NCBI GenBank assembly: GCA_963833255.1 | Contig: CAWHXK010000060.1 | Span: forward strand, 33,223-97,222 | Reading direction: 5' to 3' | Source of the DNA: an uncultured Actinomycetes bacterium | GTDB lineage: Bacteria; Actinomycetota; Thermoleophilia; Gaiellales; Gaiellaceae | Length of the DNA stretch: 64,000 bases | Shown here: positions 9,377 to 19,256 of the stretch, one piece after another | Position numbering within the stretch: position 1 is the first letter of the stretch | Layout: each line of letters begins with the position of its first letter | Notes under the pieces: generated by a model | What the model was told of the DNA's origin: nothing | The model's database searches: none | What the model saw: the letters and a program-made list of their open reading frames with translations, nothing else | Program-made: the position numbers and the translations under genes

Positions 9377-9646
9377 ATGGCCGGATACCTGATCGCCGCC
9401 GCCGCATTCGCGTTGCCCCTCGTCTTCGGTGCGAGCGGTCTCGGCCGCCCGCGGCTCGTGTTGACCGGAGGCGTGCTCCTCGCGTTGGGCTCGGTTGCGG
9501 CCCTGAGCGCACGGCAAGTCGAGGACGGGCACGGCCACAAGCTCGTCCCGCTGTGGTTTCTGGTCGGCCTCGTGGCGCTCCTCTACGGAATCTGGTGCGG
9601 AGGCCTGTGGGTAGGTCTCCGGCTCCGCCGGACGCGCACCAACTGA
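9377..9646 (+). CDS. small hypothetical membrane protein (3 predicted TM helices)
   Basis: ATG 9377 inside a longer noisy ORF. The tail is hydrophobic (LIAAAAFALPLVF..., LWFLVGLVALLYGIWCGGLWVG). No recognised family. Confidence 0.4.
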   Translation: MAGYLIAAAAFALPLVFGASGLGRPRLVLTGGVLLALGSVAALSARQVEDGHGHKLVPLWFLVGLVALLYGIWCGGLWVGLRLRRTRTN

Positions 9647-9687
9647 TCCCACGCTTGCCGGCCGTGGAGGGTGGGTAGCTTTCGCCC

Positions 9688-11122
9688 GTGGTCGGAAAGA
9701 CGATCGCAGGACGATACGAGCTGGAGGAGGTCGTCGGCCACGGCGGCATGTCCAGCGTCTACCGGGCTCACGACTCGCTCCTCGAGCGCTACGTGGCGTT
9801 GAAGATCCTGCACGAGCAGTACAACGAAGACGACGACTTCGTCGAGCGCTTCAAGCGCGAAGCTCGCTCCGTGGCGCAGCTCCAGCACCCGAGCATCGTG
9901 ACGGTGATCGACCGGGGTGAGGAAGAGGGCCGCCAGTACATCGTCTTCGAGTACATCGACGGCGAGAACCTCAAGGAGTTCGTCGTCCGCAAAGGACGTC
10001 TCGAAGTGCGCGAAGCACTCGAGATTGCAATCGACATCGCCCGTGCGCTCGCGTTCGCCCACGAGCACGGCCTCATCCACCGGGACGTCAAGCCGCAGAA
10101 CGTGCTGCTGAACGGTGACGGCCGTGCGAAGGTCACAGACTTCGGCATCGCGCGCTCGCTCGACGTGGAGCAGCGGCGTCACGCAGACGGGGACCGTCCT
10201 CGGAACCTCGAACTACATCGCTCCGGAACAGGCGAGCGGCCAGCCGGTCGATGTGCACACCGACGTGTACTCGCTCGGAATCGTGCTCTACGAGCTGCTG
10301 ACCGGCGACGTCCCGTTTCCGGGAGAGAGCTTCGTCGCCGTCGCGATGAAGCACGTCCAGGAGCCGCCCCCGAATGTCCTGGACGTCCGCGGCGACGTGC
10401 CGATTCGCGTTGCGGCGGCGATCGACCGGGCGCTCGAGAAGGATCCGGCACAGCGCTTTCCGACCATGGATGCATTCGCGGCCGAACTCGAGGCCTGTCT
10501 CGCCGAGCTCGACCGGGGTGAAGACGGCAACGCCACGATGGTCATCCCCGCCCCGAAGCGTTTGGGGCCGCCGAAGCGGCGCAAGGCCGGCTCGCGTCTG
10601 CCGATCTTCATCGGGGCGCTCGGAGCACTTGCAATCGCAGCCGTCGCGGTCGGCTTGCTGACCGTCGGCGACAAGGGCAACGCGATCCCGGTCGGCGCAC
10701 AGATCCCGATCGCAGGCGTCGGAGCGTTCGACCCGTTCGGAGACGGCACCGAGCACGACGCCGCCGCGATCAACGCCACGGACGGCGACCTTTCGACCTA
10801 CTGGTCGACCGAGACCTACAACGACGGGCTCGAACGGGTCAAGAAAGGCGTCGGCATGGTGCTCGACGCCCACGCTGCGACCCAGGTGTCGCGCATCACG
10901 GTCGTGAGCGACACTCCGGGCTTCACCGCCGAGATCCGCGCGACGAACATCCAGGGCACACTGGGGCAGCTCGTCTCGGAAAAGCGCGCCGTCGCGAGGA
11001 CGACGCGGTTCGCGATCGACGAGTCGGCGCCGAAGCGCTACTACCTCATCTGGATCACGAAGCTCGCCCCGGACGGCCACTTCGCGCACGTCAACGAAGT
11101 TCGCGCCTTCGGGAAGGGTTAA
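9688..11122 (+). pseudogene. Ser/Thr protein kinase with TM segment and C-terminal discoidin (F5/8 type C)-like domain, one frameshift
   Basis: Hanks kinase motifs (GHGGMSSVY, HRDVKPQN, DFGIA) in the frame of 9688. After about 10165-10180 the protein continues in the frame of 10115 (GTVLGTSNYIAPEQ...). C-terminal DGDLSTYWSTETY...YYLIWITKL. Confidence 0.8.
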
Positions 11123-12120
11123 AACTCGAGCTTCGCGCGGCGCTCGTGCCGCTCGAGGGCGAGCTCGATCAGGCGGCGCAACAACTCGTCGTACGGAATG
11201 CCGGACGCGTCGAAGAGCTTCGCGTAGACGCTCGTCGAGGTGAAGCCCGGAATGGTGTTCAACTCGTTGACGACGACCTGGTCCCCGTCGACGACGAAGC
11301 AGTCGACGCGGGCCATCCCCTCGCACTCCGTGACGCGAAACGACTCGACGGCGACCCGCTGCACCTGTTCGACCACGCTGTCGGGGAGGTCAGGCGGGAT
11401 GACGAGGTCCATGCCGCCGTCGTCGTACTTCGACGAGTAGTCGTACCACTCGTGTCCGAGCGGGACGATCTGGCCAGGGATGGACGCGACCGGCTCGCGG
11501 TTGCCGAGCACGCCGACTTCGACCTCGATCCCATCGAGGAACTCCTCCACGAGCACCTTGTCGTCGTGGCGGAATGCGAGCAGCACCGCTTCGGCGAGCT
11601 CGCCCTCGTCATGGGCCTTGGTGATCCCGACCGAAGAGCCGAGCCTGGCCGGCTTGACGAAGCACGGGAACCCGAAGGGGTTCTGCACCGGATCTCCCTC
11701 GCGGAGCGCGACGTGCCGCGCGACGGGAAGCCCGCTGTCCCGCAACACCTTCTTGAAGAGGTCCTTGTCCATGCAAAGAGCCGAAGCCGCGACGCCGGCG
11801 CCGACGTACGGGACACCGGCGAGCTCGAGCAGTCCCTGGACGGTGCCGTCCTCCCCGAACGGGCCGTGCAGGATCGGCAGCACGACGTCAACGGCGCCCA
11901 GAGTGGCCGGGGCGTTCGCCGCGGGTACTGGCAGCGTTTCCGCGATCGAGCCGTCCTCGCCGGTGCCGAGCTCCCAGCGTCCGTCGCGACCGATCGCCAC
12001 CGTGACGACCTCGTAGCGCTCGGGATCGAGCGACTCGAGCACCGAGCGGGCGGAGGCAAGCGAGATGTCGTGCTCGGACGACCGACCGCCCGCCAGGATG
12101 GCGACGCGGGTGCGCGGCAT
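11119..12120 (-). CDS. ddl: D-alanine--D-alanine ligase
   Basis: Full-length Ddl (GGRSSEHDISLASA, ATP-grasp core). ATG overlaps the pknB stop by 1 nt (TAATG). Confidence 0.9.
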   Translation of the reverse strand: MPRTRVAILAGGRSSEHDISLASARSVLESLDPERYEVVTVAIGRDGRWELGTGEDGSIAETLPVPAANAPATLGAVDVVLPILHGPFGEDGTVQGLLELAGVPYVGAGVAASALCMDKDLFKKVLRDSGLPVARHVALREGDPVQNPFGFPCFVKPARLGSSVGITKAHDEGELAEAVLLAFRHDDKVLVEEFLDGIEVEVGVLGNREPVASIPGQIVPLGHEWYDYSSKYDDGGMDLVIPPDLPDSVVEQVQRVAVESFRVTECEGMARVDCFVVDGDQVVVNELNTIPGFTSTSVYAKLFDASGIPYDELLRRLIELALERHERRAKLEF

Positions 12121-14039
12121 TACGGAGGGCCGGGGGTCGTGGGCGCGCCGAACTTGCCGACGGCAATCGTCACGACCTTGCCGGGCGCCGCCTGGGTTCC
12201 GCCGGGCGGATCCTGGGTCTGGACGATCCCGTCCTGGCTCGGGTCTGTGACCGGCTGGGTGACGATGTGCACGCCAAAGCCCGAAGCCTTGAGCTGGGCC
12301 TGGGCGTCGTTCTGCGAGAGCGTGGTCACATCCGGAACCATGGAGGTCGCCGGGCCCTTGGAAACCGTCAGAGTGATGATCGCTGCCGGCGGTTGCAGAG
12401 TGCCTGCGGTGGGGGTCATGCCGATGACCGTGTCCTTCGGCTGATCCGACTTGACGTCCGTCCGCCTGACGGCGAATCCCTTCGCCTGGAGGATCGAGCT
12501 CGCGGTGTCGTAGGTCGAGCCCACGACATTCGGGACTGCGACAGGCGTGGGCCCCTTCGAGACATTGAGCGTGACCTGCGTGCCTTCGGCAACCGAAGCT
12601 CCTGCCTTCGGCGACTGGGAGATCACCTGGCCCTGCGGCTTGCCCGAGTCCACCGAAACCTGCCGTCCCTTGAGCTTCGCGTCCTGCAGGTCCGACAAGG
12701 CGCGCGCGATTTGCTCGCCCACGACGCTCGGTACCGCCGTCTTCGGCGGCCCGGTCGACACGTAGATCGTGACGAAGTTGTTCTTCTGGATTCGGTCACC
12801 GGGTCTCGGCGTCTGCGAAAAGACGTACGTCTCGGGGAATTGCGGGTCGGCATTCGCCTGCCGGACCGGGTTCGCCCGCAGGCCGGCGTCGCGTGATCAG
12901 CTTGACGGCGGCGATCTCGCGGAGCCCCGCGTAGTTACCGACCGCGATCGTCTTCGAGCCGCTGAGCTGGTCCTGAAGCTGCGAGTAGAGGAAGTACCCG
13001 CCGACGAGCGCGGCCGTGACGAACAGCAACGCGACGATCCAGGGCCAGATCGCGCGGCGCGGCGGCTCGTCGTAGTCGTAGTACGCCGCCGGTGGTGCAT
13101 ACGGCGCAGGTGGGCGCGGCGCGTGCGACGTGATCGCCGTCACCTCCGCCGGAGGGCGCGAGATGATCGCCGTCGCCGCTTCCTCGGTGACCGGGGAGAT
13201 CGCCACGCCGCGGTTGATTCGCCGCAGGTCCGCGTCCATCTCCTCGGCGCTCTGATAGCGCTCGGAGGGATCCTTCGCAAGGGCGCGCATCACGACCATG
13301 TCCAGAGTCCCTCGGAACATCTGCGCGCTTGGCCGAAGGAGGCTCCGGCACGCGTCGAGAGGTGCTTCATCGCGATCTCGACCGGCGTGTCGCCGCTGAA
13401 CGGCACGACGCCGGTGAGCAGCTCGTAGAGCACCACGCCGACGGAATAGAGATCGGAGGTCTGGTCGACCGACGCGCCCTTCGCCTGCTCCGGCGACAGG
13501 TATTGCGCCGTCCCGATGATCGAGCCGGCCTCGGTCATCTGACTCGCGCCTGCGCGCGCGATGCCGAAGTCGGTCACCTTCAAGCGTCCCTCGCCGTCGA
13601 CGAGCACGTTGTGCGGCTTGATGTCGCGGTGCACGATGCCGTGCCGGTGTGCGAAGCGCAGCGCGGCGAGAATCTGCCGCGCGTAGTCGACTGCGAGGTG
13701 GATCGGCGCCGGTCCGCGCGCGACGATCAGCTCCTTGAGCGAGCGCCCGTCGAGATACTCCATCGCGATGTAGTAGGTGCCCTCCGCCTCGCCGCGGTCG
13801 TAGATCGAGACGATGTTCGGATGGGAGAGACTGGCGGCGTTCTTCGCCTCGCGGCGGAAGCGCTCGACGAACTGGTCGTCGCCCGCATGGCGATCGTTCA
13901 GGATCTTGATCGCGACTCGGCGGCCGAGGACTTCGTCCTCGGCGAGGTAGACGTTCGCCATCCCGCCCATGCCAAGCTTGCGCACGATGCGGTAGCGCCC
14001 GTCGAAGAGCGTGTTGATCAGGGTGTCGGAAACCGCCAT
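12120..14039 (-). pseudogene. pknB: PASTA-domain Ser/Thr kinase PknB, at least 3 frame breaks
   Basis: Kinase domain at 13290-14039. Juxtamembrane and TM parts lie in two other frames (breaks near 13345, 13310, 12880). Three or four PASTA repeats at 12120-12880. Confidence 0.85.
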
Positions 14040-14068
14040 CGGGGCCTATTCAGAGTAGGGATTCGCCC

Positions 14069-15542
14069 CTACCGCAGCAGCGCCTCCATCACCTGTTTGG
14101 CGATCGGCGCGGAAATCGTCCCGCCGAAGCCGTTGAGCTGGTTCTCGACCACCACGGCGATCGCGACCCGCGGAGCGTTCGAAGGCGCGAAGGCCGCGAA
14201 CCACGTCGTGTGGATGTTGCCCCGCCCCACCTCTGCGGTGCCGGTCTTCCCCGCGACGCTGATGCCCGGGATCTGGGCTGCTGTGCCGGTCCCGCCGGTG
14301 ACGACGAGCTCCATCATGCGCGTGAGCTCGTCGGCCGTCTGCCGCTTGATCGGTCGGCCGAGCTGGTCGGGCTTCAGGTGCGTGATCGTCTTGCCGCTCG
14401 GCGAGATGACGCGCTCGATCAGCTGCGGTCGCATGGTCGCGCCGTGATTGCCGATCGTCGCCGCGACCATCGCCATCTGCAACGGCGTCACCGCGAGGCG
14501 TTCCTGTCCGAACGCGAGCCGGCCGGGGTCGACCTGCGTGTCCGGGTGCTTCGGATCGAACAATCGTCCGTGGTCGTACAACCCGCTCTCTACACGTTCG
14601 CCCTCCGGCGTCTCGAGCGGCGGCAGTGAGTAGAAGCCGAAGCGCTTCGCGTAGTCGAGCACGACGCCCGCGCCGAGCGTCTTGCCGACGTTGCAGAAAA
14701 CCGAGTTGATCGAGTGCTCGAAGCCGGTCGACAGGTTGACGTTGCCGAACGTCTCGGGCGCCTCGGGGTTACCGGCGTTCCGCACTCGCTTGCCGTACTC
14801 CTCGCAGTAACCCGGATCGTAGAAGGGCGAGTCGGGCGTGAACCGGCCGGTGTCGAGTGCGGCTGCGGCGGTGACCATCTTGAAGGTCGAGCCGGGGGGA
14901 TACTTACCGGCGGTCGCGCGGTTCAGAAGCGGAGCGCCACAAGGAAGGTTCGTCCGCGTCGCGAGCCCGAAGCGCTTCTCGATCAGGTTCGGGTTGTAGG
15001 TCGGGCTCGTTGCCATCACGAGCACGCGGCCCGGTCGTCGGATCCAGCGCGACAACGGCTCCGCACTTGCCGCGCAGGAGTCGCAGTGCGAGTGCCTGCG
15101 CCTCGGGCCGGATCGTCAACACGAGGTCGTTCCCGGTGACCGTCGTGCCCTTCAGCTTGTCGAGCGCGGAACGAAAGACCGTGTCGAGGTTGGCGTTCGA
15201 GCCGGTGAGAAAGTCGTTGTACGACTGCTCGAGGCCTGTTCGGTTTCGCGACTGCGTCGAGTAGCCGACGACGTCGGAGAAGAGCGGCCCCGTCGGGTAG
15301 CGGCGGAAGTACAGCGTCTGACCACCGACCTTCTTGGTCACGTTCGTCGCGAGGAGCGTGCGGCCGTCGGACGCGTAGATCTTGCCGCGCTTGATCGTGA
15401 ACTGCGCGACGAGCTGGATCTCGTTGTCCTGCCGGTTCGCGAGCCCCGCGTTCGCCCACGTCTGCCAGTACGTGGTTGCGACGATCAGCGCCGCGAGCAA
15501 GACGAGCGCGGCGATGCCGATGTGCGAGACCTGCTTGTTCAC
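14069..15542 (-). pseudogene. pbpA: penicillin-binding protein 2 / PbpA transpeptidase, one frame break
   Basis: N-terminal TM plus dimerisation part in the frame of 15542. Transpeptidase part (SPTYNPN, STFK, KTGTA) in the frame of 15055. The junction near 15030 looks like GGGCGC read as GGGCCGC. Confidence 0.85.
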
Positions 15543-16840
15543 CGCAGTGCCTCACGGTTCGCACGGTTCGAGATCAGGAGCAGCCCGGCTAAGAGCAGGA
15601 AGTTGGCGACGACGCTCGAGCCGCCGTAGGAGACGAACGGCAGCGTGATACCGGTGAGCGGGATCAGGCGCAGGATTCCGCCGACGATGATGAACGTCTG
15701 CAGCGCGAAACCGAACGTCAGACCCGCGGCGGCGAGCTTCGAGAAACCGTCCTGTGCGAGCAACGCGATCCGCATACCGCGCAGCACGAAGATCATGTAA
15801 ACGAGTAGCAGGGCCGCGACTCCGATCAGCCCGAGCTCCTGTGCGAGCGCCGAGTAGATGAAGTCCGTGTTCAGGTCCGGGATGATCGGGGCGCCGCTCG
15901 TGGTCGCAAACGTGCCCTTGCCGAGACCGGTGCCGCCGAACTGACCGTTGCCGATCGAGTAGAGCGACTTCACGAGTTGGAAGCTCTGGCAGTTCTGACG
16001 CAGCGCGGGGCCGCCTGAAAGCGGGCAATAGACCTTGTGCACCGTCCAGGGGTGAAGCCAGATCGTCACGCGGTCCTGGACGTGCGGCGTGACCTTCCAC
16101 ACCCCGACCGCGCCGATCAGGAAGAGGCCGAGACCCACGGCCACGTAGCCGATGCGCGCGGTCGCAACGTAGAGCATCGCCAGGAAGATCCCGAAGTAGA
16201 GAAGCCCACCGCCGAGATCGCGGGTCTCGAGCAGGACGAGGATTGCGAGCAGCCAGATCACGAGCAGCGGCCCCCAGTCCTTCAGCCGCCCCTGTGCAAG
16301 GACCTCGCGCTTCTCACGCATGTAGCCGGCGAGGAAGACGATCAGCATGATCTTCGCGAGCTCGCCGGGCTGGAACCGCAGTGCGCCGACGTGAACCCAG
16401 AGGCGCGCGCCGTTCACAGTGAGCCCGAGCACCGGCAGAATCGGCAGCAGCAGCAGCCCGATCGCCGTGAGGCCGAAGAGGTACTTGTAGGTCTCGAGGC
16501 GTCGGTAGTCCCGTCGCAGCAGCAAGAGCGTCGCGGCGAAGAGCGCGACGGCGACGACGATCCAGATGGCCTGCTTGAAGGCGTCGCCGGGCCTGAGCCG
16601 GTAGATCTCCGTCAGTCCAATCGCCGTCAGCAGCGCGGCGATCGGGAGCAGATACGGATCCGCGAACGGGACCGTGTAGCGCGTGACGAGGTGCGCGGCG
16701 ATGTACAACGCGAAGAAGAAACCGGCGTACGTCAGTGACGCCGTCGAAACGACGTCCTGCCTGGCGATGTAAACGCTGGCGAAACCGATCGCCGTCAGGA
16801 CGCCCACGACGATCAGGAACGCGAGCTCCCTGTTGCGCAT
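15539..16840 (-). CDS. rodA: FtsW/RodA/SpoVE family peptidoglycan glycosyltransferase
   Basis: Polytopic SEDS protein (10 or more TM helices, GGTGLGKG, LPFVSYGGSS). Position matches rodA in the conserved fha-pstP-rodA-pbpA-pknB cluster. Confidence 0.85.
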   Translation of the reverse strand: MRNRELAFLIVVGVLTAIGFASVYIARQDVVSTASLTYAGFFFALYIAAHLVTRYTVPFADPYLLPIAALLTAIGLTEIYRLRPGDAFKQAIWIVVAVALFAATLLLLRRDYRRLETYKYLFGLTAIGLLLLPILPVLGLTVNGARLWVHVGALRFQPGELAKIMLIVFLAGYMREKREVLAQGRLKDWGPLLVIWLLAILVLLETRDLGGGLLYFGIFLAMLYVATARIGYVAVGLGLFLIGAVGVWKVTPHVQDRVTIWLHPWTVHKVYCPLSGGPALRQNCQSFQLVKSLYSIGNGQFGGTGLGKGTFATTSGAPIIPDLNTDFIYSALAQELGLIGVAALLLVYMIFVLRGMRIALLAQDGFSKLAAAGLTFGFALQTFIIVGGILRLIPLTGITLPFVSYGGSSVVANFLLLAGLLLISNRANREALR

Positions 16841-16848
16841 GCTCAGTC

Positions 16849-17832
16849 TCAGCGTAAGAACCTCAGGTAGAGCGCCAACGCTATGCCCGCGGCGATCACG
16901 AGCAGCGCGAGCCAGGCGAGGACCCGGCGGCGAAGATGGCGTCGGCGCACCGCGCGTTCTCGCCGTTCCGTCGCTTTGAGCTCGGCCTGGATCTCTTCCG
17001 CGGAGATGACGGCTGTGTCGACGGCCGGAACGGCATCCGCTTCCGTGAGCGTGTCCTCGTCGTCAGGGGTCGCGCCGGCGAACACGTGCTCACGGGTCTC
17101 GCCGTCATGCGTAAGCGGCTCTGCCGCGATCTCGAAGGCGACCACGGTGATGTTGTCCTCTCCGCCGCCCCTGTTCGCCGCCTGCACGAGTGCGCGAAGG
17201 GCCTTCTCCATGTCGCCGCGGTGGCGCTCGACGAGGTCGAGGATGGCTCCGTTCGACACCATCGTCGTCAGGCCGTCGGAGCAGAGCAGAAAGACGTCGC
17301 CGATCTCCGCCGCGATCGTGAACGTGTCGACGTCCACGTCGGGATCGGTGCCGAGAGCGCGCGTGATCACGGAGCGCTGCGGATGGCTCTCCGCTTCCTC
17401 GGGCGAGAGCTTGCCGCTCCGCATCAGCTCGGCGACGAGTGAGTGATCCTCTGTCAGCTGCTCCATCGCGCCGGCGCGGATCAGGTACGCGCGCGAGTCA
17501 CCTACATGCCCGAAGGCGACCTGCCCGTTCTCGACGAGCGCGACGGTCATCGTCGTGCCCATGCCGGAAGCGCTCGGGTCGCGGTTGGAGCGGTCGTACA
17601 CGCGCCTGTTGGCCTCCTGGATCAAGGCGACGATCCGCTGCTCTCCGCCCTCGTCCGCACCGCTCTCCTTCAGCGCCGCGGCCGCGAGCCGCGAGGCAAC
17701 CTCGCCGGCCTGCGCGCCCCCCATCCCGTCGGCGACCGCGAAGAGCGGTGGCTCGACGACGTAGGCGTCCTCGTTGCGACGGCGCTTGCGACCGGGATCG
17801 GTGACTGCACCGACGTGGCCCAGGGAGCTCAT
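16849..17832 (-). CDS. pstP: PP2C Ser/Thr phosphatase with C-terminal TM anchor
   Basis: NEDAYVV, ADGMGGAQAGEVAS and GGEDNITVV motifs. ATG 17832 is preceded by GGAGAG. A GTG at 17979 overlapping the fhaB stop would add an Arg/Pro-rich 49 aa. Confidence 0.85.
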   Translation of the reverse strand: MSSLGHVGAVTDPGRKRRRNEDAYVVEPPLFAVADGMGGAQAGEVASRLAAAALKESGADEGGEQRIVALIQEANRRVYDRSNRDPSASGMGTTMTVALVENGQVAFGHVGDSRAYLIRAGAMEQLTEDHSLVAELMRSGKLSPEEAESHPQRSVITRALGTDPDVDVDTFTIAAEIGDVFLLCSDGLTTMVSNGAILDLVERHRGDMEKALRALVQAANRGGGEDNITVVAFEIAAEPLTHDGETREHVFAGATPDDEDTLTEADAVPAVDTAVISAEEIQAELKATERRERAVRRRHLRRRVLAWLALLVIAAGIALALYLRFLR

Positions 17833-17975
17833 CGGGCGCTCTCCGCTCGATGAGCGGTGGAAGGGGCGAAGGGGGAAACCGGGAGGTTTCCCCTCCTGTT
17901 CCTCGGCCACGCGGCGATCCCAGCGGCGCGGGGGTGAGCGATCCCCAAAGAAGGGAGCCCGAAGGCGAGCGACGC

Positions 17976-18461
17976 TCACTCGTACCTCAGGTCGGTCTCG
18001 CCGACCCGGACGATGTCGCCCTGCGCGAGGCGCCGCGGGCGGTCGAGCCTCGTGCCGTTCAGGAACGTGCCGTTCGTCGAGCCGAGATCCTGGACCCAGA
18101 CGCCGTCCTGCCGCGGCTCGAAGCGCGCGTGGCGCGCAGACGCATACTCGTCCGTCGCGATCGGGATGTCGTTCTGGTTCCCGCGGCCGATCGTCAGCTG
18201 CGCCGAGTTGAGCTCGAAGCCCTCGCCGTCCTGAAGGTCCGCGCTCTTGACGACGACGAGGCGGCCGGTGACCGGGCCGGGTCTGGACACGTGCACGCCG
18301 GCAGCTGCGGACGGAGCGAGGATGAAGCTCTCCTGCGGCAGGCGCAGATCACGGCTCGCTGTCCGCACGATCCGCCAGATGAACAGGTAGAGCAGGACGA
18401 GGAACGCGATCTTGAGGACGAGCAACAGCTCGTCGACCGCGACCGAGTCGAAGACCATCAT
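17976..18461 (-). CDS. fhaB: FHA-domain protein FhaB/FipA-like (N-terminal TM + FHA)
   Basis: TM helix followed by an FHA core (LTIGRGNQNDIPI...SARHARF...VQDLGSTNGTFLNG). Confidence 0.8.
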   Translation of the reverse strand: MMVFDSVAVDELLLVLKIAFLVLLYLFIWRIVRTASRDLRLPQESFILAPSAAAGVHVSRPGPVTGRLVVVKSADLQDGEGFELNSAQLTIGRGNQNDIPIATDEYASARHARFEPRQDGVWVQDLGSTNGTFLNGTRLDRPRRLAQGDIVRVGETDLRYE

Positions 18462-19228
18462 CCCGATTCCCGGCCGAACGTCACCTCGGTCGATCCGACG
18501 GTGATCTTGTCGCCGTCGCTGAGCTTTGCGCGCTTGACTCGCCGGCCGTTGACCTCCAGGCCGTTCGTCGACCCGAGGTCGACGATCCAGTAGGTCGCAC
18601 CCTCCTGGCGCAGCTCGGCGTGGCGCCTGGACACGTTCGTGTCGGAGAGCTGGATATCGCAGTCGCGCGAACGGCCGATGACGACGCGGCGCTGCTTCAC
18701 CTCGTAACGGGTGCCGTCGAAGCGCAGCGTCACGAGCTCCGCCTCGACTCCGAGCTCCTCCGCGCTGACCGCCTGCGTCGGCGGCTGAGCCTTCGGCTTG
18801 TAGATCATCGTCGACCCGGGCTCGACCGTTGCGGCAGGCTCGCCGGCGGCGGCGCTGCGGTCCGGTTGCACCATCCGCGTCGCGATGCCGAACTCGCCGA
18901 CCTCGAGATCAGCGTCGGTCTCCATCAGGACACGCACGGGCGAGAGCAAGGCGTAGTTCTCACGGCGAGAGTGCTCCGAGAGGTACTCCTGGAGCTCGCC
19001 CTTCAGGTTGTCCTCGTAGCCGGAGAACTGCTCCCGGTCGTCAGGGGAGAGGAAGACCGTGTACTCGTTCGGGACGTAGACACGCGAGACCGAGATCGTC
19101 TTGTGCTCGTCCATCTCCTTGGCAAGTTTGCGCGCCAGCTCCACCGGCTGGACGTTCGTCCTGAAAGCTCGGCCGAAGATGCCCTCGAAGAGGGACTCGA
19201 TCTTCTGTTCGATAGCGCGAAGGACCAT
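18458..19228 (-). CDS. fhaA: FhaA-like protein (DUF3662 + FHA domain)
   Basis: N-terminal IESLFEGIFGRAFRTNVQPVELARKL (DUF3662-type). C-terminal FHA (VVIGRSRDCDIQL...VSRRHAEL...IVDLGSTNGLEVNG). Confidence 0.8.
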   Translation of the reverse strand: MVLRAIEQKIESLFEGIFGRAFRTNVQPVELARKLAKEMDEHKTISVSRVYVPNEYTVFLSPDDREQFSGYEDNLKGELQEYLSEHSRRENYALLSPVRVLMETDADLEVGEFGIATRMVQPDRSAAAGEPAATVEPGSTMIYKPKAQPPTQAVSAEELGVEAELVTLRFDGTRYEVKQRRVVIGRSRDCDIQLSDTNVSRRHAELRQEGATYWIVDLGSTNGLEVNGRRVKRAKLSDGDKITVGSTEVTFGRESG

Positions 19229-19256
19229 GGGCCGGGAACTACCCCGGCAAGCGATG

